64,000 bases of DNA from Octopus vulgaris (taxonomy: Eukaryota). The notes beneath the pieces are model-generated. The model searched no databases and was not told where the DNA came from. It saw only the letters and a program-made list of their open reading frames with translations. Positions within the stretch are counted from its first letter, which is position 1. Every line of letters begins with the position of its first letter. A program made the position numbers and the translations under genes. The stretch lies in contig OX597825.1 in assembly GCA_951406725.2 (NCBI GenBank), positions 434,001 to 498,000 on the forward strand, read 5' to 3'. Positions 23,401 to 35,049 of the stretch are shown in pieces.

Positions 23401-26400
23401 GTTCATTTCTCTTGAGATAAGCCACTTTTGTACCATCAGAGTTGATTACCATTATTGGAACACAAATACCTATCAAGGTAGAATAACATCCCTTTTTAAT
23501 GGGAACTCTCAAACTCATAATCTGGTTGCTAATATTAGTTGATTGCTGGTCTAATTTGGCCATAACACTGTTTTGTGGGTAGGGCTCCTGTCAATCCATC
23601 CATCTATCCATTTTCTTTACCCGCTTTTCCTGAGAAGATTGTTAAAGTCGTCAGGAACCTGTTTCATAAGGTTTTATCAGAAATAACCATCCTTACACTT
23701 TCCTGCTAGATTTCCCCAAACATGACCAGTTGAAGCAATGGATATTATCCAATCCTTTCATTCTTAGTCAGACCCTAGATCTCTTGCTAATTGGTTTGGC
23801 TTTTAGAATCCATCTTGCAATTCTTTCCAACAATATTCTAATCCCATGTCCATAGTGCTGAAGCTGTGACCATTCAATGAAGATAAGTACCATCTCAAAC
23901 TGGAGAGGCTCCTTGATCTCCAAGTTATGCACCCTGTCGAGTAATGGTACTCCAGAGATCGTTCAGAGGAACCCCATTTTGGTAGATTGTATTCATGATG
24001 TTGTTCTTTTGATCATTACCCAAGCGTTACTGTAGCAGCTCCTGCAATTCTAGTATCCACTTCAGCCACCTGTTTGCCATCATTCATGAGAATGGCCTCA
24101 TCATACTTAAGCTTTTCCACTTGTCTCAATGAGGTTCCATTTACCTGCAAGGTCGACTAGGTTTCTGTTTGTTTTTCTATAGCAAACGCTAAGGACATAA
24201 TATATACTGCCTTGCTCTTCTGCCTTGCTCTTCTGCATAATATATACTGCCTTGCTCTTCTGCATAATATATACTGCCTTGCTCTTCTGCCTTGCTCTTC
24301 TGCATAATATATACTGCCTTGCTCTTCTGCCTTGCTCTTCTGCATAATATATACTGCCTTGCTCTTCTGCATTCTCATGCAAAGTAATGAGGAAAACATT
24401 TTAAAAAATTTTATTTCATTTCTTTTTTGTTGTTTCTGTTTTAGTTCCACCAAAACAGCTTCATTAAATATTTCGATTCATTTCACACAAATATTTCTCT
24501 GTGTTTTTTGGCTTTTCTTCTGTCTTCTTCACCCAATTTAATTATATTTCGTTATCTCCCCTCAATTAGCATATGTCCCCTTTCTCTCTCTCACTCTCCC
24601 CCTCCCTTTCTGTCCTTCTATTATTCCTTAAACATTGATCTTATTCTGATTTGATTGATTACAATCTGTTGCTAGTACATTGTTGGGATGGTAAAACAAT
24701 GTGTTTGTCAAAACTACTACTACTGCTGCTGCTGCTGCAAATTCTTTTCTCTCAATTCCAGCACCCCAATTTCATAAATGGTGGTAATTATCCAAACGAC
24801 ATTGCTTTAATGCGTTTGGACCATCCTGCGGATGTCACTGGTTTTTACGTTAGACAAGCTTGCATCCCAGAAAAGAACACTGGCTTTCATCCTGGCGATG
24901 AATGTTGGACAATGGGCTGGGGTGAGACAAAAGGTAAGATCTATTTTACCAGTTGTTTGGTGGTTTATAATGATGATGTTGCTACAAAGATTTAGAAACT
25001 AAAATGGATCCTTTATATTCAGGTTCAAACCTCACTGAGTTTTATTTTACATTTTAGTTCTTAAAAGGGGTTGAAAATTAGCATCAGTGATGTATTTTAG
25101 GGAGTAACTTCAATTCATCTTCTCCACCCACTATTCCTGTGACAGTTATAGGGATAGCGTTTAGGCATTTCCCCCATAGGGTCCTCTCAGAAGCATCTGT
25201 CACTATATTTCCTAGCTGGATTCTCAAGTGTGACTAACTCATGGCTTGGCTTCGTGAACGAAGATCAGGAAGGCTGTCCACGCTGCGTGCATGCACGCTC
25301 ATGACTGACAAGTCCAATATGGGAAAGGCTGGTCCGTGAGCAGTGTCCACAGACGAAGGTAACATCTGGTGTGGTGTCAGAGGCGGCTCATGCCTTCCTC
25401 CTGCGTCTCTTGTCTTTAAGTGCATCTCTTCTTTGTTCCTCAAACTTGCTGACTGCATTGAAGATCATGTGGTGCCAGACATCACGGTCCGCAGCCAGGT
25501 CTGACCAGCACTGGTGGTCAACATGACATGCTGTTAGAGACTTCTTGAGGCAGTCTTTGTAGTGCTTCCTCAGAGCTCCTCTCACTCGGTGGCCGGTGGA
25601 GAGTTCGCCAAACAGGGCAATCTTTGGAAGGCGATGGTTCTCCATTCTGGAGACATGCCCTGCCCATCGGAGGTGGGACTTCAGTAGCATGGCTTCAACG
25701 CTGGGGATCCCGGCCCGCTCCAAGACTTCAATGTTTGTGACGAAGTCACTCCAGTGAATGTTGAGGATGGTGCGGAGACATCGATGGTGGAAGCGCTCGA
25801 GGAGACGGATGTGACTGCAGTAAGTGATCCAAGTCTCTGAGCCATAGAAAAGAGTGGTGAGAACCACGGACCTGTAGACACTGATCTTTGTTTTGTTCTT
25901 CAGGTTATTATTGTGCCAAACACGTTTGTACAATCTGCCAAAGGACCTATTTGCCTTAGAGAGTCTATTTTCAATTTCTTTGTCGATCCTTGCATCGAAT
26001 GAGATGATGCAGACCAGGTATATAAACTGCTGAATTGATTTCAGTTCGGTACTGCAGATAGTGATGTGGGGTGGACGGTATTCCTCTTGGGGTGTAGGTT
26101 GGCCTAGAGGTGACTAACTAAGACTATGGATATTAACCAACCATTTCATTCTTGGTTCAACCCAAGGTCTGCTACTGGTTGGCTCAGCCTGAAGAATTTG
26201 TCATGTGATTTTTTTTCCCTGCAACATTTTAATCCCATGTCTGTAGTACTGGATCCGTGACCTCTTCATGTGCAAGAGAAGCAGCTTAATAAATAATAAT
26301 AATAATGAAATTATTGTATACAGTGCTCAGGTGCATCACAACTTCTCAAAAGTGCGTATAAAGCATATGCAGTAATGTACAAATGTCTGAAAAGTGAACA

Positions 26401-29400
26401 GTGTATGAGTCAGATACATGCTTGCGTGTGTATGGAGGGGAGAAAATCAGGTGTAGTGTTGGTGAATCTCAGGAAGCATGGAAGTTTTGAAGGATATGCA
26501 TTGCTCTGACAACTACCAACTGATGCCGGCAGTTTGTTCCATGCTTCAGCAACTCTCAGCGTGAAAAAATATTTCCGAAAGTCATGGGAGCTGTGCTGTT
26601 TTCTGACTTTATAAACATGTCCATGGGTGTTAGACAGATGGAGTTTGAAAAGGTGCTCAGAGTTATTGTTTGTAAGATGGTTAATAATTTTATGGGTGTC
26701 TGCCAAGTCAGTTGCCAGACGTCAGAGTTTCAATGTATCCATGCCTGGGGAAGTAAGGCGTTCAGAATATGGCAAATGTATCTTGTAGTGATAAGTTCAA
26801 ACAGCCACTTCCTAAGGAGGGTGTGTGTGTGCTAGGCTCTAGATCAGTGTTTAATGTTGCTCATCTGCTTATTATTGTTTCATTAATATAATTATCATCC
26901 TCTGTCTAATAGATTATGGAGACCAGAGCATTCTGCAAGAACTGCAAGTTCATGTCAGAAGTAATTCTGAATGTTCCATCCGGTGGGGTCGACGACGAAT
27001 CCTCAATTCACATATTTGTGTTGGAAACGGTGATAATGGAGCCTGTAATGTGAGTATATTAGGGGTTTATTTTCATTTCTACTTCTGTGCTTGAGAAGAT
27101 CCGGCAAGCCAAATGAGACCATAATCTGCGGCCTATGACAGGAGCGTAACCAGCCCAATTATGCATACCTTCTTCTTTGGTCACTAAACTCTGATTGTGA
27201 AGATCTGTTGAGGCAAGTGAAATCAAAATCAAATTCGATGACTGGCATCCGTGCTAGGAGGGTACAAAGAGCACCATCCGAGTGTGGTCATTGCCAGAGC
27301 AGCCAACTAGCTTCGTGCCAGTGGAACGTAAAAGGGCAACATTCGAGCGTGATTGTTACCAACGTCGCCTTACTGGCACCTGTGCTGGTGGCATGTGTAA
27401 AATGATTCGAGCAAGGTCAGTGCCAGTACTGCCTGACTGCCCCCCCCCCCCCCCGTGACGGTGGCACGTAAAAAGCACCCACTACACTCTCGGAGTGGTT
27501 GGCGTAAGAAGGGCATCCAGCTGTAGAAACTCTGCCAGATCAAGATTGGAGCCTGGTGCAGCCATCTGGTTCGCCAGCCCTCAGTCAAAATCGTCCAACC
27601 CATGCTAGCATGGAAAGTGGACGTTAAACGATGATGATGACGATTCATAAACCATCTCTCTCAAGTGCCCTGGTGGCTCGTTAGAGGCAGTAGATAATTT
27701 CTGCTACGTAGGGAACCAAAATTGTAGTGATGAATGGAGAGTGTAATAGGATGGAAGAATGTCAGAGAGCTTTGCCCTCTGTTGGCTACGAACAGTTTCT
27801 CTCTCCAAGGGAAAGGAAGATGGTATCCTGCATGTAAAAGGCAGCGAGCTGGCAGAAACGTTAGCACGCCGAGTGAAATGCTTAGCGGTATTTCGTCTGC
27901 CATTACGTTCTGAGTTCAAATTTCGCTGAGGTCGACTTTGCCTTTCATCCTTTGAGGGTCGATAAATTAAGTACCAGTTACGCACTGGGGTCGATGTAAT
28001 CGACTTAATCCGTTTGTCTGTCCTTGTTTGTCCCCTATGTGTTTAGCCCCTTGTTAGTAGTAAAGAAATAGGTATCATGCTTGTATATGCACAACACTTC
28101 TACATGGGAGTGAGATGTGGGCCCTGAATGCAGACAGCTTCCCCTGACCCCCATAAATCTTGCACCCTGGTCCCTCCACCTAGACTCCTGCACACATCCA
28201 TCCTCCTCTTCCTCAATTCTTCACACACCTCACCCCAAGCTTCTCCTCAGGCCGTCGGCCATCATAAGGCAAGTCATACTTGCATGACCCAGGATGTGGG
28301 TTTGCACCTTCCTTTTTCAGGTAGACAGGGGCAGCCCATACCAACCTTTGGGCTGGCTGGTGTCCATGCTTCTTTGCTTTTGTCATTAGGCTTTTCAGAG
28401 CTGGATTTTCTAATGATGAGCATGCCCTCGCTTGCCCCAACCTCAGTTTCTAGACATGAGTGGTTCTGAGACCAAGGCCTCCACCACGACTTTGAAGAAA
28501 TCATCATCATCGTTTAACGTTCGCTTTCCATGCAAGCATGGGTTGGACAAATGACTGGGGGCTGGTAACGATCACGCTTGAATGGTGTCTTTTACGTGCC
28601 ACCAGCACGGAGGCCAGATAGCCGCTCTGGCAACGATCATGCTCGGATGGTGCTCTTAATACCCTACTAACACAGGGCTCGAGTGCCAGTAAGGCGACGC
28701 TGGTAATGATCATGCTCAAATGGTGCCTTTTAAGTGCCACTGGCACTGAAGCCGGTTAGCTGCTCTGTCAATGATCACACTCATATGGTGCTCTTTGCAT
28801 CCTGCTAGCACAGACGCCAGTCATCAAATTTTATTCTGATTTCACTTGCCTCAACAGGTCTTCACAAGCAGAGTTTTAGTGTCCAAAGAAGGAAAAGGTA
28901 CGCATAAGTGGGCTGGGTACGCCCCTGGCATAGGCCACGAGATTATGGTCTCATTTGGCTTGCCGGGTCTTCTTAAGCACGGCATATTTCCAAAAGTCTT
29001 GATCACTAGTCATTTCCTTGGTGAGGCCTATGGAAAACTAGCCCAGGAAGGCAGGGATTCTATTCCCTGCTGAGACCCCTTTTGGAGCCCCACCTCCCCC
29101 AAATATTTGACAGAATGTTACCTGAAAGAAATGGAACGGTTATATAACAATATGTATTTACAGAATGCTATGGATTCCGATTTGGAATAAACCAGGCGAT
29201 TGAAATGCATGAAATGACCTTTTGAACTTTCCATTAAGTTATGTTGACTGTGTGTGTGTGTGTTTGTATCTGTGTGTGCAACACTATAGGCTTTATAAAG
29301 TACATCTAGAATATTTATAAGTCCATCTATTTGCCTACCTTTGTATTGCTGTATCTGCAATGTCAGTCAGTCTCTTATTCTATTTATATGCGTCTGTTTG

Positions 29401-29635
29401 TCCACCCATTTAACTATCTGTTCATTATTTTCAGGGAGATTCTGGTGGGCCATTAGTTTGTGTACATAATGGCTATTACTATCTCGTTGGTATCACATCT
29501 TGGGGAGTGAGTGGATGTCGAACATCTGGATATCCCAGTGTCTATACACGTGTTGCCTTCTATTCTGACTGGATTCACCAAAAGTTCTCCAACTACACAA
29601 ACATTGAAGCTAAGGATGAACCTTTTCAACAATAA
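10378..29635 (+). CDS. Secreted chitin-binding (CBM14) S1 serine protease; join(10378..10951,12595..12763,20783..20888,24762..24933,26913..27049,29435..29635), 452 aa
   Basis: Six exons with GT-AG boundaries and matching phases (1,2,0,1,0); total 1359 nt in frame; TAAHC, DIAL and GDSGGP triad motifs. Confidence 0.9.
11144..11507. repeat. (TATC)n microsatellite
   Basis: Long tetranucleotide array in intron 1. Confidence 0.95.
11697..11945. mobile_element. hAT-type MITE
   Basis: Termini cagtgattctcaacc / ggttgagatgcactg; inverted, internally deleted relative at 19660-19820; target-site duplication not clear. Confidence 0.6.
12595..12763 (+). CDS. Protease exon 2 (activation site and catalytic His)
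   Basis: ttccag|CT GAA TGT GGT..: [42 protein letters not shown]; donor GG|gtaag. Confidence 0.95.
14165..16345 (-). mobile_element. Degenerate RTE-clade LINE ORF2 with PHD-finger insert
   Basis: [20 protein letters not shown] motifs, LYADDL, VNLAKTK, Cys-rich insert, YLGD; multiple frameshifts. Confidence 0.85.
16999..18460 (-). mobile_element. Internally deleted Helitron with Rep N-terminal relic
   Basis: Minus-strand 3' end cctgagcaacgccgggtatctctgCTAG|t (hairpin + CTAG); ORF 17374-17595 [34 protein letters not shown] resembles the Helitron Rep N-terminus; 69-bp tandem duplication at 17813-17935. Confidence 0.75.
18080..18294 (-). mobile_element. RTE 3' UTR copy nested in the Helitron
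   Basis: catcatcatcgtttaacgtctgctttccatgctagcatgggttggacg start. Confidence 0.75.
19300..20760 (+). repeat. Degenerate ~31-bp minisatellite array (consensus ~TGAAGGCTAGTCTTTGTAGAGTGTTGGTGAA)
   Basis: Dozens of diverged units; interrupted by a MITE at 19660-19820; ends ~20 nt before the exon 3 acceptor. Confidence 0.8.
19660..19820. mobile_element. hAT-type MITE, inverted relative of 11697-11945
   Basis: Ends ...ttttcaacc / gctgagaaccactg; internal sequence matches the reverse complement of 11.8-11.9 kb. Confidence 0.55.
20783..20888 (+). CDS. Protease exon 3
   Basis: tttcag|G AAT CAG..: [35 protein letters not shown]; weak donor CGG|gtatat; phases 2/0 fit the neighbours. Confidence 0.85.
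20935..21125 (-). mobile_element. RTE 3' UTR fragment
   Basis: gctggcatgggttg..cagctggatgcccttcctaacaccaatcactc core. Confidence 0.6.
22150..22335 (-). repeat. Inverted copy of the 31-bp minisatellite (~6 units)
   Basis: Units such as ccttcactcaccaacattctacaaa are reverse complements of the 19.3-20.8 kb unit. Confidence 0.75.
22490..22760 (+). mobile_element. RTE 3' end fragment
   Basis: gctgtgcttgagaagac...gtccaacccatgcc..ggaaaacggacgttaaatgatgatga. Confidence 0.65.
23610..24105 (-). mobile_element. Old RTE-like LINE C-terminal fragment
   Basis: Minus-strand remnants of the AWVM..MGFLRTISGV..DRVHN..QLQHYGH(G)IRI and GKSSRK motifs. Confidence 0.5.
24197..24371. repeat. Perfect tandem repeat built from 27-bp and 13-bp modules
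   Basis: gcataatatatactgccttgctcttct x5, three followed by an extra gccttgctcttct. Confidence 0.9.
24762..24933 (+). CDS. Protease exon 4 (catalytic Asp)
   Basis: ttccag|[38 protein letters not shown]; donor G|gtaag. Confidence 0.95.
25235..26101 (-). mobile_element. RTE-BovB-like LINE 3' fragment, well preserved
   Basis: ORF 25388-25933 [38 protein letters not shown]..; terminal zinc-knuckle-like region and tail. Confidence 0.85.
26288..26750 (-). mobile_element. CR1-like LINE 3' end
   Basis: Near-identical to 328-730 in reverse orientation. Confidence 0.8.
26913..27049 (+). CDS. Protease exon 5 (not in the ORF track)
   Basis: aatag|AT TAT GGA..: [46 protein letters not shown]; donor gtgagt. 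Confidence 0.92.
27085..27641 (+). mobile_element. RTE 3' end (ORF terminus and modular 3' UTR)
   Basis: Starts gtgcttgagaagatccggcaagccaaatga; hairpin modules; (GAT)n tail. Confidence 0.75.
27839..28072 (+). mobile_element. Full-length tRNA-derived SINE inserted in an RTE fragment
   Basis: ggcagcgagctggcagaaacgttagc..gagttcaaatt (A/B boxes), gactttgcctttcatcc..gtcgataaattaagtacc central domain; RTE coding sequence on both flanks. Confidence 0.8.
28500..29030 (-). mobile_element. RTE 3' end linking the ORF2 terminus to the modular 3' UTR
   Basis: Minus strand encodes [25 protein letters not shown] followed by hairpin modules and a (GAT)n tail. Confidence 0.8.
29435..29635 (+). CDS. Protease exon 6 (catalytic Ser, stop)
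   Basis: tttcag|[66 protein letters not shown]. Confidence 0.95.
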   Translation, partial: GDSGGPLVCVHNGYYYLVGITSWGVSGCRTSGYPSVYTRVAFYSDWIHQKFSNYTNIEAKDEPFQQ

Positions 29636-29744
29636 ATTTACTTCAGTAGAACCAAACACTGCTGAACATGGATAAACTCTCTCATTTTATGAAGTGCAAG
29701 TTCTCATCGCTGTATCTCTGATGCCAAATCATCAAAACAGAACA

Positions 29745-29794
<50 letters not shown>

Positions 29795-32786
29795 AAGAGG
29801 AGGGAATGAAGAATGGCAAGAAAATGTTTTAAGCAGTAAATATTGATTTCTGTAGATTTCTTGTCATTTAAAACCTGAAATGATATAACATGAAGATCTG
29901 AGAATTCTAATATGTCTGTGATAACACTGAACACAGTTAGCACAGCTGTACATTATTAATGTCTCACAACAAGATCATTTGCTGCTCTACAAAAATATCG
30001 GTAGTCATCTCTTTGGTCGATTTTTATTCTCATTTAAATATATTTTGAAATACAGTTGGAAAAAAAATATTTACTGTTGAGGTTAAAGCTTTCGTTTGAA
30101 ATTCAAGATTTATGGCATAACATCTATATACATTAAAATGTAAAAATGTGTTAAAAAAAGTAAAAGAAAAGGGAAACTCAACACATGTAGAGTTTAATAT
30201 TGTTGGACAGATAATCATGACATTTAAACTTTGTTCGTTCTCTGACAAACAGTTTAGCTTGATATATCAGGCTTTTCTGTCTTCTTATGTCATGAGGACT
30301 TAATCAATTTGCTGACATTTTGGGGGAAACAGAGAAATTATATATATATATATATATATAGATATATATATATATAGATAGATAGATATATATATATTTG
30401 CATATGAAGGCTACCATTGGTTTCATGTTAAGAAAAATATCACAATATCTTAACAATTTTTCAAACTGATCTCATTGCGGAATGATGTTCATCTTCATTT
30501 TGGATGAAAACACAATGTCTCGGGAAAGGTCTCATCAAGCACTCATTCTCATCATTCGACGTGTACACACACACAAAAGTACATAGGTACTAAGCAAGGT
30601 GGAAAAAATAGTACCTGAACACCAACGGTAGAGTAAAACACTTATTTTATTAAAGCTGGAAAAATCTTCACAAACACACAGGTTTCATTTTGGCTTTAAT
30701 AAAATAGTGTGTGTGTGTGTGGGAGGAATACTTGCACATTAATTTCATGAGCAGGTTGTTCCATTGAATGGATTAACTGGAATCCTTGTTGTTATAACTG
30801 AAAGAGTACCAGAAAAAAAAAATATATATCATCCTGGTTAAAAATCCCCTTACAGTTTTATTTCTTTTGATCTAAATGTATTGATCAGAATTTCCTTTCC
30901 TTATTTTTCCTAGAATTGATTTTTCTTGCTTTCATATGACTTGCAATTCACTGATGATATAATCTCATATTTTCTCCATAGTCAAGAATGTATCACAATG
31001 GAAGTTCTGCCTTTTTAGAGTTAAAAGAGACTCACCTCTGAACAGATGGCAACAGTTTACAAGAGTTTGAGTTGTCCTATGTTGGAATGCTGATCATATA
31101 TTTGGTATGGGACTATAGCAACACACACATACTTTAGAGGGCAACCATGAAGAAAAAACCCAAAAAACCCAGTAAATTGGATGCTCGGTCACCCACCATA
31201 GCATCCAACTTACTTATCTTCTGTTGTTATTACACAAGTTTTTCTTCTCAAACTTGATGATTGTAGACTGTCTCATCTGTGCAGAGTGACCTTCTATATG
31301 GTCACTTGACCTGCAAAGAATAGCTACCAAATCTCCCTCAAATTGCACCTTCCTTAAAAAATAATGGTATGCTGGAAATGTAATACAAGACGCACTGTCT
31401 GGGGGGGGGGGGGGGAATGAAAGAAATAGACAAGATGGTCACCGTTTCAAATCCGTCAGTCATTGATTTATTCAATTAGATTACTTTAAAACAAAAAGTT
31501 AATATCTTAGAACCAAGGGTGGTCTTAGATATCAAAAGTTTGATCTGTCACCAAGTTCTCTGCAAACTTTGGTCAAAATAGCACTGAAAATACTGTCAGC
31601 AATGCTCTTCCTCCTTTTTATAGCAAAGTTAAACAAATTCAAAAACAATAAGTTACACATATTTGATGCTAACAAAATTATGTTTTATGACCTCTTAAAG
31701 TGTTCATACGTTCTATGAGCCAGAAACTTCAGCTCTTAGCTCTTAGATCCTTTGGTGCTGTCAGCAAAATGGGCAGCAAACCTCCAAACATCCCAATTGC
31801 TCGCCTTCCTCCTGGCTCCTCTTGCACCAACTCCAATTGCTATCATATCATCCCAGAACATACTGTGCTGCATCTTCCTTGGCCTTTCCCCTCTTTCATA
31901 ATTATACACTCCTGTGCATAATCAAAGCACATGGTCAGTAAGAAGCTTCAGAGTTGTGAGAATAATAAAAAAATTATGGAGTTTATACTTCCAAGATTTA
32001 TTAAATTCCACGTGTTGAACAACCCAGATTTAGAATCACAGACTTGATCTCACTGAGAGCTAAACCATGGCATGATAATAAACAGTTTTTAATACAAGTG
32101 TTTTGGTTTAAATAAGCTAAGGCTAATTAACATTTTGTATTATATCGTCGTTGTTGTTGTTGTTGTTGTTTTAATGTCTACTTTTCAGAGTAATTTCTTT
32201 GAGTCAGATTTTCTACAACCAAATACTTTTCATGTTGCCAACCTTTTTTTTCTCTTAGTCTGGATATTTTTCATGAAAAATTGCAAGCAAAATGATGCCT
32301 TTTGATGGTGACATTTGTTTACATCTAGTATTTGACATGGACACACACACACATATGATGGACTTCTTTCAGTTTCTGGCTCTGTTTGGCCCAGGGCTAT
32401 AGTAGAAAACCTTTACCTAAGGTACAGTCAGTGGGCCTGAAACTGAAAGCACACAGTTGGGAAGCAAACTTCTCGACCATAAAGTCATGTCTGTACTTTT
32501 ATAATATATTTATTGCCATTCCTCATCATTTGTGGATCAGAGTTTATTGAGGCAGATTTTCTATGGCTGAATGCCTTTCCTGTCACCAGCCTTCGCCCAT
32601 GTCCAAGCAAGGTAATATTTCTCCATGGCTGGACATGTTTTTGCAGAATACTGGAAATGAATGACACTGCTTGTGTGACAGTGGCACTCGTTTACAACCA
32701 TCACACAATGTTAAGACAAGGAAACACAAACATTAACCCACTTACACTCATCCACACTTATATACATACATATGCATAAATATATC

Positions 32787-32831
<45 letters not shown>

Positions 32832-32839
32832 ATGATGAT

Positions 32840-33420
32840 AATCATCATCATCGTTTAACATCCATTTTCCATGCTAGCATGGGTTGGACAGTTCGACCAG
32901 GGTCTGGGAAGCCAGGAGGCTGCACCAGGCTCCAGTCTGATCTGGCAGTGTTTCTACAGCTGGATGCCCTTCCTAACGCCAACCACTCTGTGAGTGTAGT
33001 GGGTGCTTTTTACATGCTACCAGCACAGGTGCCAGGGGATGCTGGCAGCGGCCACGATCGGTTGGTGCTTTTTACGTGCCACTGGCACGGAAGTCAGTCA
33101 AGGTAGTGCTGGCATCGGCCACGTTCGGATGGATCCTTTTACGTGCCACCGGCACAGGTATCACAACTACAATTTCCATTTGATATTTATGTACTTGACT
33201 CAATAGGTCTCCTCAAGCACAGCAGGTCATGTGCCACTGGTACAGAAGCCAGTCAAGGTGGCACTGGCATCAGTCACGTTCGGATGGTGCCTTTTACGTG
33301 CCACCGGCACAGGTATTACATCTACAATTTCCATTTGAGTTTTTGATGTTGATGTACTTGACTCAATAGGTCTCTTCAAGCACAGCAGGTCATGTACTAT
33401 CAGCACAAGTATCACAACTA
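32840..33420 (-). mobile_element. RTE 3' UTR copy
   Basis: Same modules as 1053-1550, reversed. Confidence 0.75.
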
Positions 33421-33779
33421 TAAACAATGATGATGATGATATATATATATATATATATATATATACATGTGTGTGTGTGTGTGTGATGAGCTTCTTTCAG
33501 TTTCCATCGACCAGATCCACTCACAAAGTTTTGGTCAACCTGAGGCTAGAGTAGAAGAGACTTGCCCAAGGTAGCATGCCAACAGAGTTGAACCCTAAAC
33601 CATTGGGAAGCAAGCTTCTTTTATCCATTAAACTGGCCACAAGGGCCTTACAAAGAAAGGAAGCTGCGGGCTGGACGAAGAAGACATAACGAGATGAAGT
33701 GATTGATGATATGACAATAACAAAGGCAACAGCAATGCCCGCCGATTGCTGTTTACCCGACCACATTGCTCTTTATAAG

Positions 33780-34250
33780 CACCAGTTTTCGCATAGCCCC
33801 AGCCCATCCAAAGTACCTTGAATTGCAGAATGACCTGCTGTGCTTACCTTGGATCGTAGGGTGACCTGCTGTGCTTGAGCCAAGTACATCAACATCAAAA
33901 TAAATATCAAATGGAAATTGTAGTTGTGATACCTGAGCCGGCAGCACGTAAAAAGTACCGTCCGAACGTGGCCAATGCCAGCGCCGCCTTGACTGGCTTC
34001 TGTGCCGGTGGCACGTAAAAAGCACCAACCGATCGTGGCCGCTGCCAGCATCCCCTGGCACCTGTGCCGGTGTCACATAAAAAGCACCCACTACACTCAC
34101 AGAGTGGTTGGTGTTAGGAAAGGCATCCAGCTGAAGAAACACTGCCAGATCAGACTGGAGCCTGGTGCAGCCTTCTGGCCTCCCAGACCCCGGTCGAACC
34201 GTCCAACCCATGCTAGCATGGAAAACGGACGTTAAATGATGATGATGATG
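33780..34250 (+). mobile_element. RTE 3' UTR copy
   Basis: Same 5' junction and internal duplication as 48077-48530. Confidence 0.75.
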
Positions 34251-35049
34251 AAGTACCATATTTGAGGCTACAAACCTCTTATATAGCAAAAGATCAAGGC
34301 GGCAATAAACCTTTCACACAAGTCAATTATAAATCAATGAAACAATACACCAAGCCGCTTACCTTAGTTACAAATCTTCATGTCTGACCAGACTTCTCGC
34401 CTCAGCTAAACATCTGGATGGCACCAAGTCGGGCCAATTTAGCATGACTCTGAAGGTATCCTTGGGTGAGGAGTGTATTATCCTGAACAGGTCGTTCTTC
34501 CCCCATGACCTTCGCTGCCCAGTCACTGTCCTCCATGCAGGGCAGAATCCCCTCCCTTTGGCCCTTCATTTTAAACTTCTTAACAAAGCCCTCCAATGTC
34601 TCTCCCTTATGGAAAAGGACCACAAATTCCTCCTCCATATCATGGTGGGGGGGATGTACAGTTTCCACCTTTGGTGGCACAACTCCCACCGATGGTGCTT
34701 TGGGACATGCCGGCAATGTCTTGTTTTTCTTTTTCTTCCTTTGAGCCATGGGAAGGTGGAGTTCCTCCGCTTTGTCCAGCAGATCCTCCCTCCCTTCTGC
34801 AGCCTTTGGATCCTTCGGTGGGCAACCATTGTTGCCCACCTTTCGTTTTTTTCTTTTTTTCGAGGTTTCCACCTTCTCTCCCTCCAGTGAGGGAGCAGAG
34901 AGTGGTATCTTTATCAACTGCTCCAGGACCTTATTTTGGTCCTTAGGGCAGTTCTTTTTGATATGGCCCGGTTGACACTTGTGAGGGGGAGGCGTCCCTC
35001 AAGCAAACTTCTCACCATACAACCACAATATATATTCACACATACACAT

